Virus record (IMG/VR): IMGVR_UViG_3300044677_000044 | Location: 33,019 to 97,018 of that record | DNA length: 64,000 bases | Source: a virus | Direction: 5' to 3' (one strand) | Shown: in pieces, positions 51,853 through 60,617 of the stretch | Layout: each line of letters begins with the position of its first letter | Numbering within the stretch: position 1 is the first letter of the stretch | Translations under genes and position numbers: made by a program | Notes under the pieces: generated by a model | The model's database searches: none | Seen by the model: only the letters and a program-made list of their open reading frames with translations | Told to the model about the DNA's origin: nothing

Positions 51853-51902
51853 AAATGATTGCGCATGTAGTCATTTAACGGTAGAGTGGGGACTACACCA
51901 AG
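51853..51902 (+). promoter_or_regulatory. Early promoter/operator copy 2
   Basis: TTGCGC (51859) - N17 - TAGAGT (51882); TTAAATGA..TCATTTAA 8-bp inverted repeat. Confidence 0.8.
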
Positions 51903-51921
51903 GGGAAAACCGGGAGCCGCC

Positions 51922-52299
51922 GTGAAGACCATCGCCCGCACATCCACCGAGCTCGCCGGGCCCGCCGCACTGCCGGCCACCACCCGCAGCCCCGTCCCCG
52001 ACGGATCCTCCAACGCGTACAGCTCGCACAGCGGCGCCGTGTTCGCCGACCCGCGCGTGACCGACCTGGACATCTCCGCCCGCTACCTCGGCCACACCAG
52101 CACCGACGAAGGCGCCACCTGGCAACCCGTGCCCATGCCGACCGGCTGGGACACCGTCTGCGGCGGCCACGTCCAGGCGGAGGCCGGCGGCGCGCTCCTG
52201 CACGGCTGGGACGTCGTCGCCGACGGGCCGACCCGGATCATCCGCGAGTGGGACGGCTCCCTCGCCCGCTGGACGCTCACCGACCCCACCGCGCACTGA
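51922..52299 (+). CDS. Hypothetical early protein
   Basis: GTG 51922 with GGGAG RBS right after promoter copy 2. Confidence 0.65.
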   Translation: MKTIARTSTELAGPAALPATTRSPVPDGSSNAYSSHSGAVFADPRVTDLDISARYLGHTSTDEGATWQPVPMPTGWDTVCGGHVQAEAGGALLHGWDVVADGPTRIIREWDGSLARWTLTDPTAH

Positions 52300-52428
52300 C
52301 CCGCACTCACCCTGTTCTGCCGGCCCCGTGGGGGCGTGGCCGGCACGCTCCCCGCCTCCTGATCCCCAGGGCGGCGGGGAGCACTCGCACCCAGCTCACA
52401 CCCGGCAGCGCCGAACGGAGGATCCGCC

Positions 52429-53259
52429 ATGCCCGAAGCCGTCTCAGGCCGCACGATGCCGAGTCCGGCGCAGGCGCTGGCCGCGTGCACCCGGGCGGCT
52501 GAGGAGCGCGCCGCTGACGGCACGCTGTGGGCGGACGCCGTGCACGGCACTGTGCGGTCCCTGATCGACCGCCTGGTGGCGTCCCGTGGCCTGCCCCCGA
52601 CGGGGCTGTCCTACCCGGTGGGTCCGGCCGCGGATGAGGCCCTGGACGCGTTGGGGCCGCTGGACGGCTGGCACATCGCCGACATCGGCGAGGTACACCA
52701 GCACCTCCTCGAACTCACCCTGACCACCGGCCCCGACGGCGGTCGGCCGCAGGCCCGCCGGGAATCCCTCGGGCGCCGCGCGGAGCAGGGCGCCTGGTAC
52801 ACCCCGCCGGAGATCGCCGAGGCCATGTGCCGCCTGTCGCTCGGCCCGCAACTCGCCCGCCTGGAGGCCGACCCGGACCCGGCGAGCGTCCTGGACATCC
52901 TCCTCATCGACCCCGCATGCGGCGCCGGGGTGTTCCTCATCGCCGCCGCACACCTGATCGCAGGCCGGTTCGCGGCCCGCGTTTCCGGCCAGGACCCGGC
53001 GCCCGCCGCGCACCTGCGCGCGGCACTGCCCGTGGTGATGGCCGAGTGCATCCACGGCATCGACATCGACCCCATCGCGGTCGACCTGGCCAAGACCGCG
53101 CTGTGGCTGGAGGCAGGTGGCCGCCCCCCGTTCACATTCCTCGACCGCAACATCATCTGCGGCAACCCGCTGGACGGCGACGAACCGCCCGCCTTCACCG
53201 AACGCCAGCACACCTCAACCACCAGCACCACGCCCACCTCCCCGAACGGAGCCCAGTAG
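52429..53259 (+). CDS. N6-adenine DNA methyltransferase, N-terminal part only (SAM-binding motif present, no NPPY)
   Basis: GAWYTPPEIA, IDPACGAGVFL, IHGIDIDPIAVDLAK, NIICGNPL, then ends in a low-complexity tail. Confidence 0.8.
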   Translation: MPEAVSGRTMPSPAQALAACTRAAEERAADGTLWADAVHGTVRSLIDRLVASRGLPPTGLSYPVGPAADEALDALGPLDGWHIADIGEVHQHLLELTLTTGPDGGRPQARRESLGRRAEQGAWYTPPEIAEAMCRLSLGPQLARLEADPDPASVLDILLIDPACGAGVFLIAAAHLIAGRFAARVSGQDPAPAAHLRAALPVVMAECIHGIDIDPIAVDLAKTALWLEAGGRPPFTFLDRNIICGNPLDGDEPPAFTERQHTSTTSTTPTSPNGAQ

Positions 53260-53262
53260 CCC

Positions 53263-53541
53263 ATGGCCCAGACCACCACCAAACCCACCACCGACATCGA
53301 CGACATCGAGCTGTTCCACCCGGACATCGACACCGACGACACCCCGCAGACCGACACCGCGCTCAAGCCGGAGAACGACGACGAGCACCTGGCCGGCCCG
53401 GGCGCGGCGTTCGCCGCCGCGATGGACCTGGCCGTGACCGGCGCCCACGTCGATTTCGTCGCCAGCGGGGAGAAGGAGTGCCTCACCGGCCACTGCTCGC
53501 TGAACCCCGAGTTCGTGACCGTGCTGGACGGGGTGCTGTAG
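53263..53541 (+). CDS. Small acidic hypothetical protein
   Basis: 92 aa, strongly Asp/Glu-rich. Confidence 0.65.
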   Translation: MAQTTTKPTTDIDDIELFHPDIDTDDTPQTDTALKPENDDEHLAGPGAAFAAAMDLAVTGAHVDFVASGEKECLTGHCSLNPEFVTVLDGVL

Positions 53542-53544
53542 CCC

Positions 53545-54282
53545 ATGCCCCAGGAACACGAAGAGCAGCCCGGCGCCAGCCCGGTCGAGGAGCGGTGTGT
53601 GCTGTGCACCCACCCGTTCAGCGCGCACGGCACGATGCCCGACGGAACCCGGCCCTGCCGCAGCGTCGGCCACCCGGACGGGCTGAACTGCGAGGAGTGC
53701 AAGCGCCTCACCTCGCCCGAGTACGTGCAGCAGATCATGGCGATGCGGGAGGAGCACTCCCCCGCGTTCGCCGCCGCATGGGCGGCCTACAGCACGACCC
53801 TGGACCACGTCCGCCACGAGATCGGCGCCGGCTGGCAGGCGTTCTTCACCGACGTGCACCAGGCCGCGCTTGCCTCCGGCCTGATCGAGTACACCGCGCC
53901 GCGGCGGCCGCCGGTCGTCGTGATCTGCGGCAGCACCCGGTTCATGGCCGAGATGGCCGAGGCGAACCTGCGGCTGACCGCCGGCGCCGGCGGCCGCCAG
54001 CCCGCAATCGTCCTCGCCCCGGCCTGCAACATGAAGCAGCCCCACGAGCTGTGGGCCGACCCCGCCGATGCCGAACGCCTGAAGGCCGTGTTGGACGAGA
54101 TCCACCGGGCGAAGATCCGCATGGCCGACTGGGTCCTGGTCGTTAACCCAGGCGGCTACATCGGAGACAGCACCGGGGGCGAGATCGAGTACGCGCGCGA
54201 GTTGGGCAAGCCCGTCCGGTTCACGGACCCGCCGGCTCGCCCCGAGCACGCCGCGACCGTGCAGGACGGGGTACAGCTGTGA
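53545..54282 (+). CDS. Zn-finger plus DUF4406/nucleoside deoxyribosyltransferase-like Rossmannoid domain protein
   Basis: VVICGSTRF...HRAKIRMADWVLVVNPGGYIGDSTGGEIEYARELGKPV. Confidence 0.65.
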   Translation: MPQEHEEQPGASPVEERCVLCTHPFSAHGTMPDGTRPCRSVGHPDGLNCEECKRLTSPEYVQQIMAMREEHSPAFAAAWAAYSTTLDHVRHEIGAGWQAFFTDVHQAALASGLIEYTAPRRPPVVVICGSTRFMAEMAEANLRLTAGAGGRQPAIVLAPACNMKQPHELWADPADAERLKAVLDEIHRAKIRMADWVLVVNPGGYIGDSTGGEIEYARELGKPVRFTDPPARPEHAATVQDGVQL

Positions 54283-54851
54283 ACGCCCCCACGATGACCG
54301 AGACGCACCGGGGCCTGGCGCCCGACTGGACCACCCCGACCGACCACCACGGCCTGCAGGGACTGTGCCGGGCGCCGGAGTGCCGGGCATCCGGGGCGAT
54401 CGCTCTGGCCCTGACTATTCAGCAGCCCTGGGCGGACGCGATCGCCCACGGAGACAAGCGCACCGAGAACCGGACGTGGCCGATTCCCCCGCAGCACATG
54501 GGCGCCCGGATCCTGCTCCACGCCGGGAAGGCCGTCGACCGCCGCGCCGTGCTCGTCCGCGGCCGGGACTGGCCCGACCACCGCGGCGCGGTCATCGGGA
54601 CCGCCCGCCTGGACTCCTGCCACCAGGCCACCACCAGCGGTCTGTTGTGCTGCGCGCCGTGGGGGCACCCCAGCGGGGCCTTCGCTCCCACCTGGCACTG
54701 GCGCCTCACCGAAGTCCGCGCCCTGGAACTGCCCATCGAGGCCAAGGGCTTCCAGAAGCTGTGGCGGCCGCCGGCCGGCCTGGTGCGGGCGGTGCGTTCC
54801 CAGTTCGCCGGTTCGCCGTTCGTCATCCTGGAGGAGGAAGACCTGTGCTGA
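54279..54851 (+). CDS. ASCH domain protein
   Basis: ALTIQQPWADAIAHGDKRTENRTW...ILLHAGK...GAVIGTARL...KGFQKLW. Confidence 0.9.
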   Translation: MNAPTMTETHRGLAPDWTTPTDHHGLQGLCRAPECRASGAIALALTIQQPWADAIAHGDKRTENRTWPIPPQHMGARILLHAGKAVDRRAVLVRGRDWPDHRGAVIGTARLDSCHQATTSGLLCCAPWGHPSGAFAPTWHWRLTEVRALELPIEAKGFQKLWRPPAGLVRAVRSQFAGSPFVILEEEDLC

Positions 54852-55426
54852 CCGCCATGAACCGGGCGCTGCCCCGGCCTGTTGTACACGTCATGTGCGG
54901 GTTGCCCGGGAGCGGAAAATCCACGGCCGCGTACCAGCTGCTCGCCGAGTCCCAGTGCCGGATGCGGCGGGTCAGCATGGACGACCTGCGCGCGATGCTC
55001 GACCAGCCCGGGCCCACCACGGAACGACCCTGGTCCCGGCTGCACGAACAGACCGCGCTGGCCGTCCACGACCATGCGGTCCGCGAGGCCGTCCTCGGCG
55101 GCTGGGATGTCGTGGTCGACAACTGCAACGTCACCCCGTACATGCCCGAACGGCTGAAGGACGCCGTCGGGGCGCTCGCGCAGTTCGTCGTCCACGACCT
55201 GACCGACGTGCCCGTTCAGGAGTGCATCCGCCGCGACGCGGAGCGGCCCTGGCCGCTCAGTGTCGACGCCGACGTGATCCTCGGGCTCGCCCGGCAGCAC
55301 ACCGAAGCCCGCGCGACGGGCTGGCAGCTGACCGACGAATGGATGAACGACCGCCACACCGACCCGGCCGAAGGCGCCCGCTACGCCCGCCAGCACCTCA
55401 CCCAGCCCGTTGGGAGCGACGTATGA
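54845..55426 (+). CDS. AAA_33 / polynucleotide kinase-like P-loop kinase
   Basis: MCGLPGSGKST, RVSMDDLR, VVVDNCN, ECIRRDAER. Confidence 0.88.
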   Translation: MLTAMNRALPRPVVHVMCGLPGSGKSTAAYQLLAESQCRMRRVSMDDLRAMLDQPGPTTERPWSRLHEQTALAVHDHAVREAVLGGWDVVVDNCNVTPYMPERLKDAVGALAQFVVHDLTDVPVQECIRRDAERPWPLSVDADVILGLARQHTEARATGWQLTDEWMNDRHTDPAEGARYARQHLTQPVGSDV

Positions 55427-56214
55427 GCCGCCAAGTCCGCAGGGTGCCACTCGATTTCGACTGGCCGATGAACAAGGTCTGGGAGGGCTACCTCCTCCCC
55501 GAGCGGCTGCACTCCGACCGGTGCCCGGACTGCTCCGGCGGGATGACGGCCGCCGGGGAGTGGCTGTTCAAGCTGTGCACCAGGATCGACATGCTCGCCG
55601 AGGACATCGGCGCCCAGCGCCGCGGCCGGCCCATGCACCCCTACCTCGCCCAGGACCAGGACCCGGCCACCACCCGGTTCGTGTTCGGGCCCGGCGGCGC
55701 CACCGAGTACCCGAAGCTCCTGCGCCCGTCGCAGGACATCCTCGAACTCGTAGCCGGCCTCAGCGGAGAGACCCCGGAGCACCTCACCTCACCGATGCGG
55801 GGGATGAGCACCGGGACGTTCAAGACGGTCATCAAGGCCGCGGGCCTCGACCCGACGGTGTGGGCGATCTGCCCGACGTGCGACGGGCACTCCGGCGTCG
55901 AGAGATTCCCCGGCCAGCGGGCCGAAGCCGAGGCGTGGGAGCCCACCGGGCCCCCAACCGGTGAGGGCTGGCAGCTGTGGGAGACCACCTCCGACGGCTC
56001 CCCGATCAGCCCCGTGTTCCCCACCGCCGACGGCCTCACGACGTGGATGTCCCACCCCGACCGCGGTGACGACTGGGTGCACCCGCACGTCGCCGCGAAC
56101 TTCATCAAGGTGGGCTGGGCACCGTCCGGCGCGTCCGGGCCCGGCATCCACGGCGTGATCTCCGGTGTCGAGCTCATCGGCACCACCTTTGAGCAGGAAG
56201 GCCCCACCGAATGA
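55423..56214 (+). CDS. Conserved hypothetical phage protein
   Basis: MSRQVRRVPLDFDWP...CPDCSG...CPTCDG...GEGWQLWETTSDGSPISPVF. Confidence 0.75.
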   Translation: MSRQVRRVPLDFDWPMNKVWEGYLLPERLHSDRCPDCSGGMTAAGEWLFKLCTRIDMLAEDIGAQRRGRPMHPYLAQDQDPATTRFVFGPGGATEYPKLLRPSQDILELVAGLSGETPEHLTSPMRGMSTGTFKTVIKAAGLDPTVWAICPTCDGHSGVERFPGQRAEAEAWEPTGPPTGEGWQLWETTSDGSPISPVFPTADGLTTWMSHPDRGDDWVHPHVAANFIKVGWAPSGASGPGIHGVISGVELIGTTFEQEGPTE

Positions 56215-56723
56215 CCACCTCACCCGCCCCCGCCACCACGGCGGCCGCCCTGCCGCCGCGCACCAACACCCCAGACCACGACTGGCTCGACGACGACGGC
56301 CACCGCCGCACCACCATCACGCTGAAGCGTTCCTGCAACGGATGCGGCCAGGGCCTCGGCGACGCCACCGACGCCGAGGTCGACCGCGCGATCGCCGGGC
56401 AGCCCGAGCAGGACGTCCGCGGCGAGTGCCCGAACTGCGCGCCCGTCGTCGCCCTGGAGAAGGCCGGCTGCCAGACCTGGCAGGTGACTCCCCGCAGCTT
56501 CCCGACGGTGATGCACCAGATCGACCAGCTCCGGCCGTGGGTCTTCACCAAGGGCTACTGGAAGGAGGTCGACGGCAAGTTGCAGGTCGTGGGCCTGCGA
56601 GTGGGAGAGGACTACACCGACCGAGTCGTGGCGTTCTGGGGCGACTGGATCATCCGCCACCCCGACGGGCACTACAGCACCCACAAGGCCCCCGCCGCGC
56701 AGGACGGCGGTGAGGCAGCGTGA
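56211..56723 (+). CDS. Hypothetical protein (CxxC pairs)
   Basis: KRSCNGCGQ...ECPNC; C-terminal VAFWGDWIIRH. Confidence 0.7.
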   Translation: MTTSPAPATTAAALPPRTNTPDHDWLDDDGHRRTTITLKRSCNGCGQGLGDATDAEVDRAIAGQPEQDVRGECPNCAPVVALEKAGCQTWQVTPRSFPTVMHQIDQLRPWVFTKGYWKEVDGKLQVVGLRVGEDYTDRVVAFWGDWIIRHPDGHYSTHKAPAAQDGGEAA

Positions 56724-57664
56724 CCTCCACCCTGACCGCGCCCGCCCCGGTCGCCTCGACCGATATCGAGACGACCGGCCTGGACCCGATCCGGCACGAC
56801 GTATGGGAAGTCGCCGTCAAGCGCCGTGACCTGGACGGCAGCATCACCCGCCGCCTGTGGCAGATCCGCCCCGCCAGCCTCCGCATCGCCGACCCGGAGG
56901 GACTGGAGAAGAACCGCTACGCGGAGCGGATGGTCGTCCCCGACGACGTGGACGCCCTCGACATGACCCCCACCCTCACCGGCGGCCGGCCCGAACCGCT
57001 CGGCTTCATGGACGTGGCCCGGCAGATCCACGACACCCTCACCGACACCGTGATGATCGGGTCGAACTCCCACTTCGACGCAAGCTTCCTGCACCGCCTC
57101 ATCCAGGTCCGGGACGACGCATGGCACTACCGGCCCGTATGCGTCGTCACCCACGCCGCCGGGGCCCTCGCCGGCGCCGGGCACGCCATGCCCGTGCCGT
57201 GGCGCTCCCACGACATCTCCCGCGCCCTCGGTGTCGAACCTCCCGCCCCCGACGTCGCGCACACCGCGATGGGCGACGCTGAATGGGCCCTGGAGCTCTG
57301 GGACGCCGCGAACCGGTGGATGGCCGTCCTGCGCGGCTGCATCGTGCCCGGATGCCTCGCCCAGTTCGACTCGATGGCCGCGATGGCCGGCCACACCCCT
57401 GCCCGCCCGGCATGGTCCGGCAAGGGCTGGCAGCAGATCCGCGGCACGGGCGCCCACCCGGCCGGGGCACACATCTGCCCGGCCCACACCGACCTGATCG
57501 ACACGCACCGGCCGCGCCGCGGTGAGTCGGACATCCCCGGTGGTGTGGAAGTCGAGTGCGCCTGCGGCTGGTCCACCCGCGGGCTCCTCCTGACCTGGCA
57601 CGGCGCGACCCGGGGCATGTGGGAGCAGCACCTCATCGAGGCGATGGGAGGACCGATCCGATGA
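56720..57664 (+). CDS. DEDDh 3'-5' exonuclease (DnaQ-like) with C-terminal extension
   Basis: STDIETTGLD, GSNSHFDASFL, HTAMGDAEW. Confidence 0.88.
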   Translation: MTSTLTAPAPVASTDIETTGLDPIRHDVWEVAVKRRDLDGSITRRLWQIRPASLRIADPEGLEKNRYAERMVVPDDVDALDMTPTLTGGRPEPLGFMDVARQIHDTLTDTVMIGSNSHFDASFLHRLIQVRDDAWHYRPVCVVTHAAGALAGAGHAMPVPWRSHDISRALGVEPPAPDVAHTAMGDAEWALELWDAANRWMAVLRGCIVPGCLAQFDSMAAMAGHTPARPAWSGKGWQQIRGTGAHPAGAHICPAHTDLIDTHRPRRGESDIPGGVEVECACGWSTRGLLLTWHGATRGMWEQHLIEAMGGPIR

Positions 57665-58140
57665 GCCAGGAACCGCAGGCCGTGCCGCTCACCGCCGGCG
57701 CGCAGGTCCGCATCAGCATCGAGACGACCGTGGAATCCCTCAACGACCACGAACTCACGCTGACCGGCGGCACCACCATCACCTACACCGACCCGGCCGC
57801 GCTCGGCCTGAGCGTCCTCATCCGCGGTTGGGAGCCCGGTGACATCGTCGATGACGGTTACGGCTGGCTCCTGCGCGTACGGCGCGACGACGGCGTCGAC
57901 GTGTGGCAGCGCGCGGACGGGATGACCGTGTACGACGACGAAACCAGCCTCGCATCGCTGCGGGTCGTGGCCCGCGCGTCGAACCCGGACTATGTGCCGC
58001 CCGGCGACTACGTCCGCAGCGACGGCGTGCGCTGCTGCGTGCATGCCGTCCCGGTCGGGCCCGGGTCCTGCCCGGACTGCTGGGACCTCGCCAAGTGGGA
58101 CCACCAGGACACCGCCCCGAAGGAGGACCGCACACCGTGA
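57661..58140 (+). CDS. Hypothetical protein
   Basis: ATG overlaps the upstream stop; C-terminal CCVH..CPDC. Confidence 0.65.
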   Translation: MSQEPQAVPLTAGAQVRISIETTVESLNDHELTLTGGTTITYTDPAALGLSVLIRGWEPGDIVDDGYGWLLRVRRDDGVDVWQRADGMTVYDDETSLASLRVVARASNPDYVPPGDYVRSDGVRCCVHAVPVGPGSCPDCWDLAKWDHQDTAPKEDRTP

Positions 58141-58751
58141 CCGACACCACCGACACCACCGACCCGATCGCCGAACTCGCCGAGGTGGCCGCTGCCGCCC
58201 TCGACGATTACCGGCCCGTGGAGGACATGCGGCCCGTCGTCGAAGCCGTCCTCGATGAGGCCGCCGCGCAGCGGTGGATCGCCAAGCAGCTCGCCGAGAC
58301 CGGCATCAAGGCCATGGAGATCCGCAACGGCACCAGCGACCTGGAACTCAAACCGGCCGCTGAGGCCGTCGCGATGTGGGTCGGCATCGCCCGCACGATG
58401 CTCGGTGACGCCCCGAACTACACCGAGACCGTCCTCGATGACGGGCCGGCCCCCGAGCGTGAGCACGACGGGCTGTACAAGATGGAGGTGAAGGTCGCCG
58501 AGTCCGGGGAGCAGTTCGCGTTCATTCTCCAGCGCGTCGGCTTCGGGAAGCTCACTCCGCACGAGGCCCGGCTGAAGGCCGAGGGTGAGCGGGATACGGC
58601 ACGCTCCCTGCTCGGCAAGGTGCTCCGTCTGTCCGAGGTCACCCACGAGCACCGGATCCAGGGCGGCCACGACACCCTCGGCGAGGGACTGGGCTGCGCC
58701 GGGTGCGCGCTCGCCCAGCAGATCCGCGAGCACCTCAGCGGCGGTGCCTGA
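58137..58751 (+). CDS. Hypothetical protein
   Basis: GTG 58137 with GGAGG RBS; TMLGDAPNYTET...TPHEARLKAE. Confidence 0.7.
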   Translation: MTDTTDTTDPIAELAEVAAAALDDYRPVEDMRPVVEAVLDEAAAQRWIAKQLAETGIKAMEIRNGTSDLELKPAAEAVAMWVGIARTMLGDAPNYTETVLDDGPAPEREHDGLYKMEVKVAESGEQFAFILQRVGFGKLTPHEARLKAEGERDTARSLLGKVLRLSEVTHEHRIQGGHDTLGEGLGCAGCALAQQIREHLSGGA

Positions 58752-59161
58752 TGCGTATCCCGATCTGGCCAGGTGTCGGGCTGTCGCTGTTCGTACGGCA
58801 GGACCAGCAGGCCGTACGGATCCGTCTCGCCGCGTACTACAACCCCCTGCGGGTGCTGCGGCTCGCGTCGATGCGCGGCTGGTTCGTCGTCCTGGTCCGC
58901 TACGACTGGCGCGACAAAGGTGTGTACGAGCCCCTGGACCGCACGGACGTGGCGCTCACCCCAGATGAGTCGTGGGAGGAAGCCGAGCGCCTCGGCACCG
59001 AGCTGTACGAGGCGAAGGACGCGCTGGCGTTCGTCGGGGAGATGTGCGACATCGCCGACCGCACCGGTCGGCAACCGACGACGGCTGACGTGCGGTCCTG
59101 GATAGGTGGCCCGAAGCGCGCCCGCCAGGCCGGCCTGGTCATCGACGGCGGTGAACTCTGA
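58751..59161 (+). CDS. Hypothetical protein
   Basis: TGATG coupling with the upstream gene. Confidence 0.6.
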   Translation: MRIPIWPGVGLSLFVRQDQQAVRIRLAAYYNPLRVLRLASMRGWFVVLVRYDWRDKGVYEPLDRTDVALTPDESWEEAERLGTELYEAKDALAFVGEMCDIADRTGRQPTTADVRSWIGGPKRARQAGLVIDGGEL

Positions 59162-59937
59162 TGGGCGCGGCACTGCACCTCGCTGAGGTCCATCAGGAGA
59201 TGGTGAAGAAGCGGCGGCCCAAGCGGACCGGCGGCGGCAACAGCAGCGAGTTCGCCACGATCGCCCACCGCATCTACCAGGACACCCGGGCCGACACACG
59301 CTCCCGGCAGCTCCTCCTCGCGGTCGCATATGCCGTCACCATGGCCCCGATCGACGAAGCCGTCCCGGAGTGGAGCAGCACGTACCGCGCCATCTGCTCC
59401 GCGATCGGAGACTCCATCCGGGACTGGGGCGGGCTGCGCTCCCGCCTGTGCGATGACCTGCCCCGATACGAACGGCCCGGGAGTCGCCTGGGAACTGACC
59501 GCATGGACCGGCTGTGCTCCGGCCCGCGGGTCCGCCCCCACCCGGACGGTCCGGATGACTTCCGGAACCGGCTGAAGGTCTGCGGCGCTCCCGCGCAGGA
59601 CCTGGCCGTGGAGAAAGACCTGGTGACGGGGTGGCACACCAACCACTGGTTCTGTACGCGCCACGGCGACCAGCTGATCAGGGTTCGGGCCCAGGTGAAG
59701 GGACAGAACGAGCGGGCGCCTGAGCCGATCCCGAACCGTGGGGGTCTGTTGCCCTGCTACTTCGACTCGGACTGGGTGGAGCTTTACCGGTGGGCGCTCC
59801 ACTCGGACACGTGGAATCCCCCCGGATACGGGGTGAGGGCGGACGACTGGCCCGTCCCCGGCCGGGACCCCGTCGCGCCCCGCGCCCGCCTGCGTTTGGC
59901 GGCGCTGGACGGCGAACTGCTGGACGGCGGCGCCTGA
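59161..59937 (+). CDS. Hypothetical protein (Cys/His-containing)
   Basis: 258 aa, TGATG coupling. Confidence 0.7.
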   Translation: MGAALHLAEVHQEMVKKRRPKRTGGGNSSEFATIAHRIYQDTRADTRSRQLLLAVAYAVTMAPIDEAVPEWSSTYRAICSAIGDSIRDWGGLRSRLCDDLPRYERPGSRLGTDRMDRLCSGPRVRPHPDGPDDFRNRLKVCGAPAQDLAVEKDLVTGWHTNHWFCTRHGDQLIRVRAQVKGQNERAPEPIPNRGGLLPCYFDSDWVELYRWALHSDTWNPPGYGVRADDWPVPGRDPVAPRARLRLAALDGELLDGGA

Positions 59938-60617
59938 TGGGCCGCCCCGACCTCGATGTTGCGCCGCGCGCCGCAGCAGGCCGGGCCCTCGTACCCGGCC
60001 TGCCCGACGACGTGATCGCCCTTCCGCACTGGCGGCAGCAGAGCACGACCCTGCTCGTCACCCTCGACCGCTCGGAGCACGCCCGCCGCGGCGACACGCA
60101 GACCGGGCCGGTGCCGTACGACTCGATGGAACTCCTCACGCTGATGCTGCGCCTTCCCCACGGCGAGCAGGTGCCGCTCGCGGAGTTCGACCAGCGCGAC
60201 CGGCGCCGACTGCGCGGCGCCCGCAACAGCGGCGCCGTCAGCGAAGCCCACACCGACCGTGGCGCGGCCGCCGTGGTCCGCCACGCCCTGCGGCCGCTGC
60301 GCGTCCATCTCGCGGTGGTCTCCGGCCCCCCGATCGCTGGCCTGGAGCAGGCCGGCTCCTTCGCCCCGTTCTGCGCCCGCGCGGTCCTCCTGCGCAAACA
60401 CCCCGGCGAGGACTACCTGTTCGAGGCGTCCTTCTACGGCGTCGGCATCGCGATCCCCGGGCCCGATCCCCGGCAGGACGCCCCGGTGTCGCTGCTCGCC
60501 CCGCGCCCGTGGGTGCCCAAGCGCCACACCCCCGCGGGCTGGAACTTCCAGGAGACCGCCTACAAGCAACTGCTCACCCACCCTGACCTCATCCCCGTAC
60601 CGGACGGAGTCTCATGA
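59937..60617 (+). CDS. Hypothetical protein
   Basis: 226 aa, TGATG coupling; GSFAPFCARAVLL...EASFYGVGI. Confidence 0.7.
   Translation: MGRPDLDVAPRAAAGRALVPGLPDDVIALPHWRQQSTTLLVTLDRSEHARRGDTQTGPVPYDSMELLTLMLRLPHGEQVPLAEFDQRDRRRLRGARNSGAVSEAHTDRGAAAVVRHALRPLRVHLAVVSGPPIAGLEQAGSFAPFCARAVLLRKHPGEDYLFEASFYGVGIAIPGPDPRQDAPVSLLAPRPWVPKRHTPAGWNFQETAYKQLLTHPDLIPVPDGVS

Noticed and set aside
52429-53259. Functional solitary DNA methyltransferase or part of an R-M system
   Set aside because: Catalytic motif IV and a target-recognition domain are absent, and there is no neighbouring restriction endonuclease.
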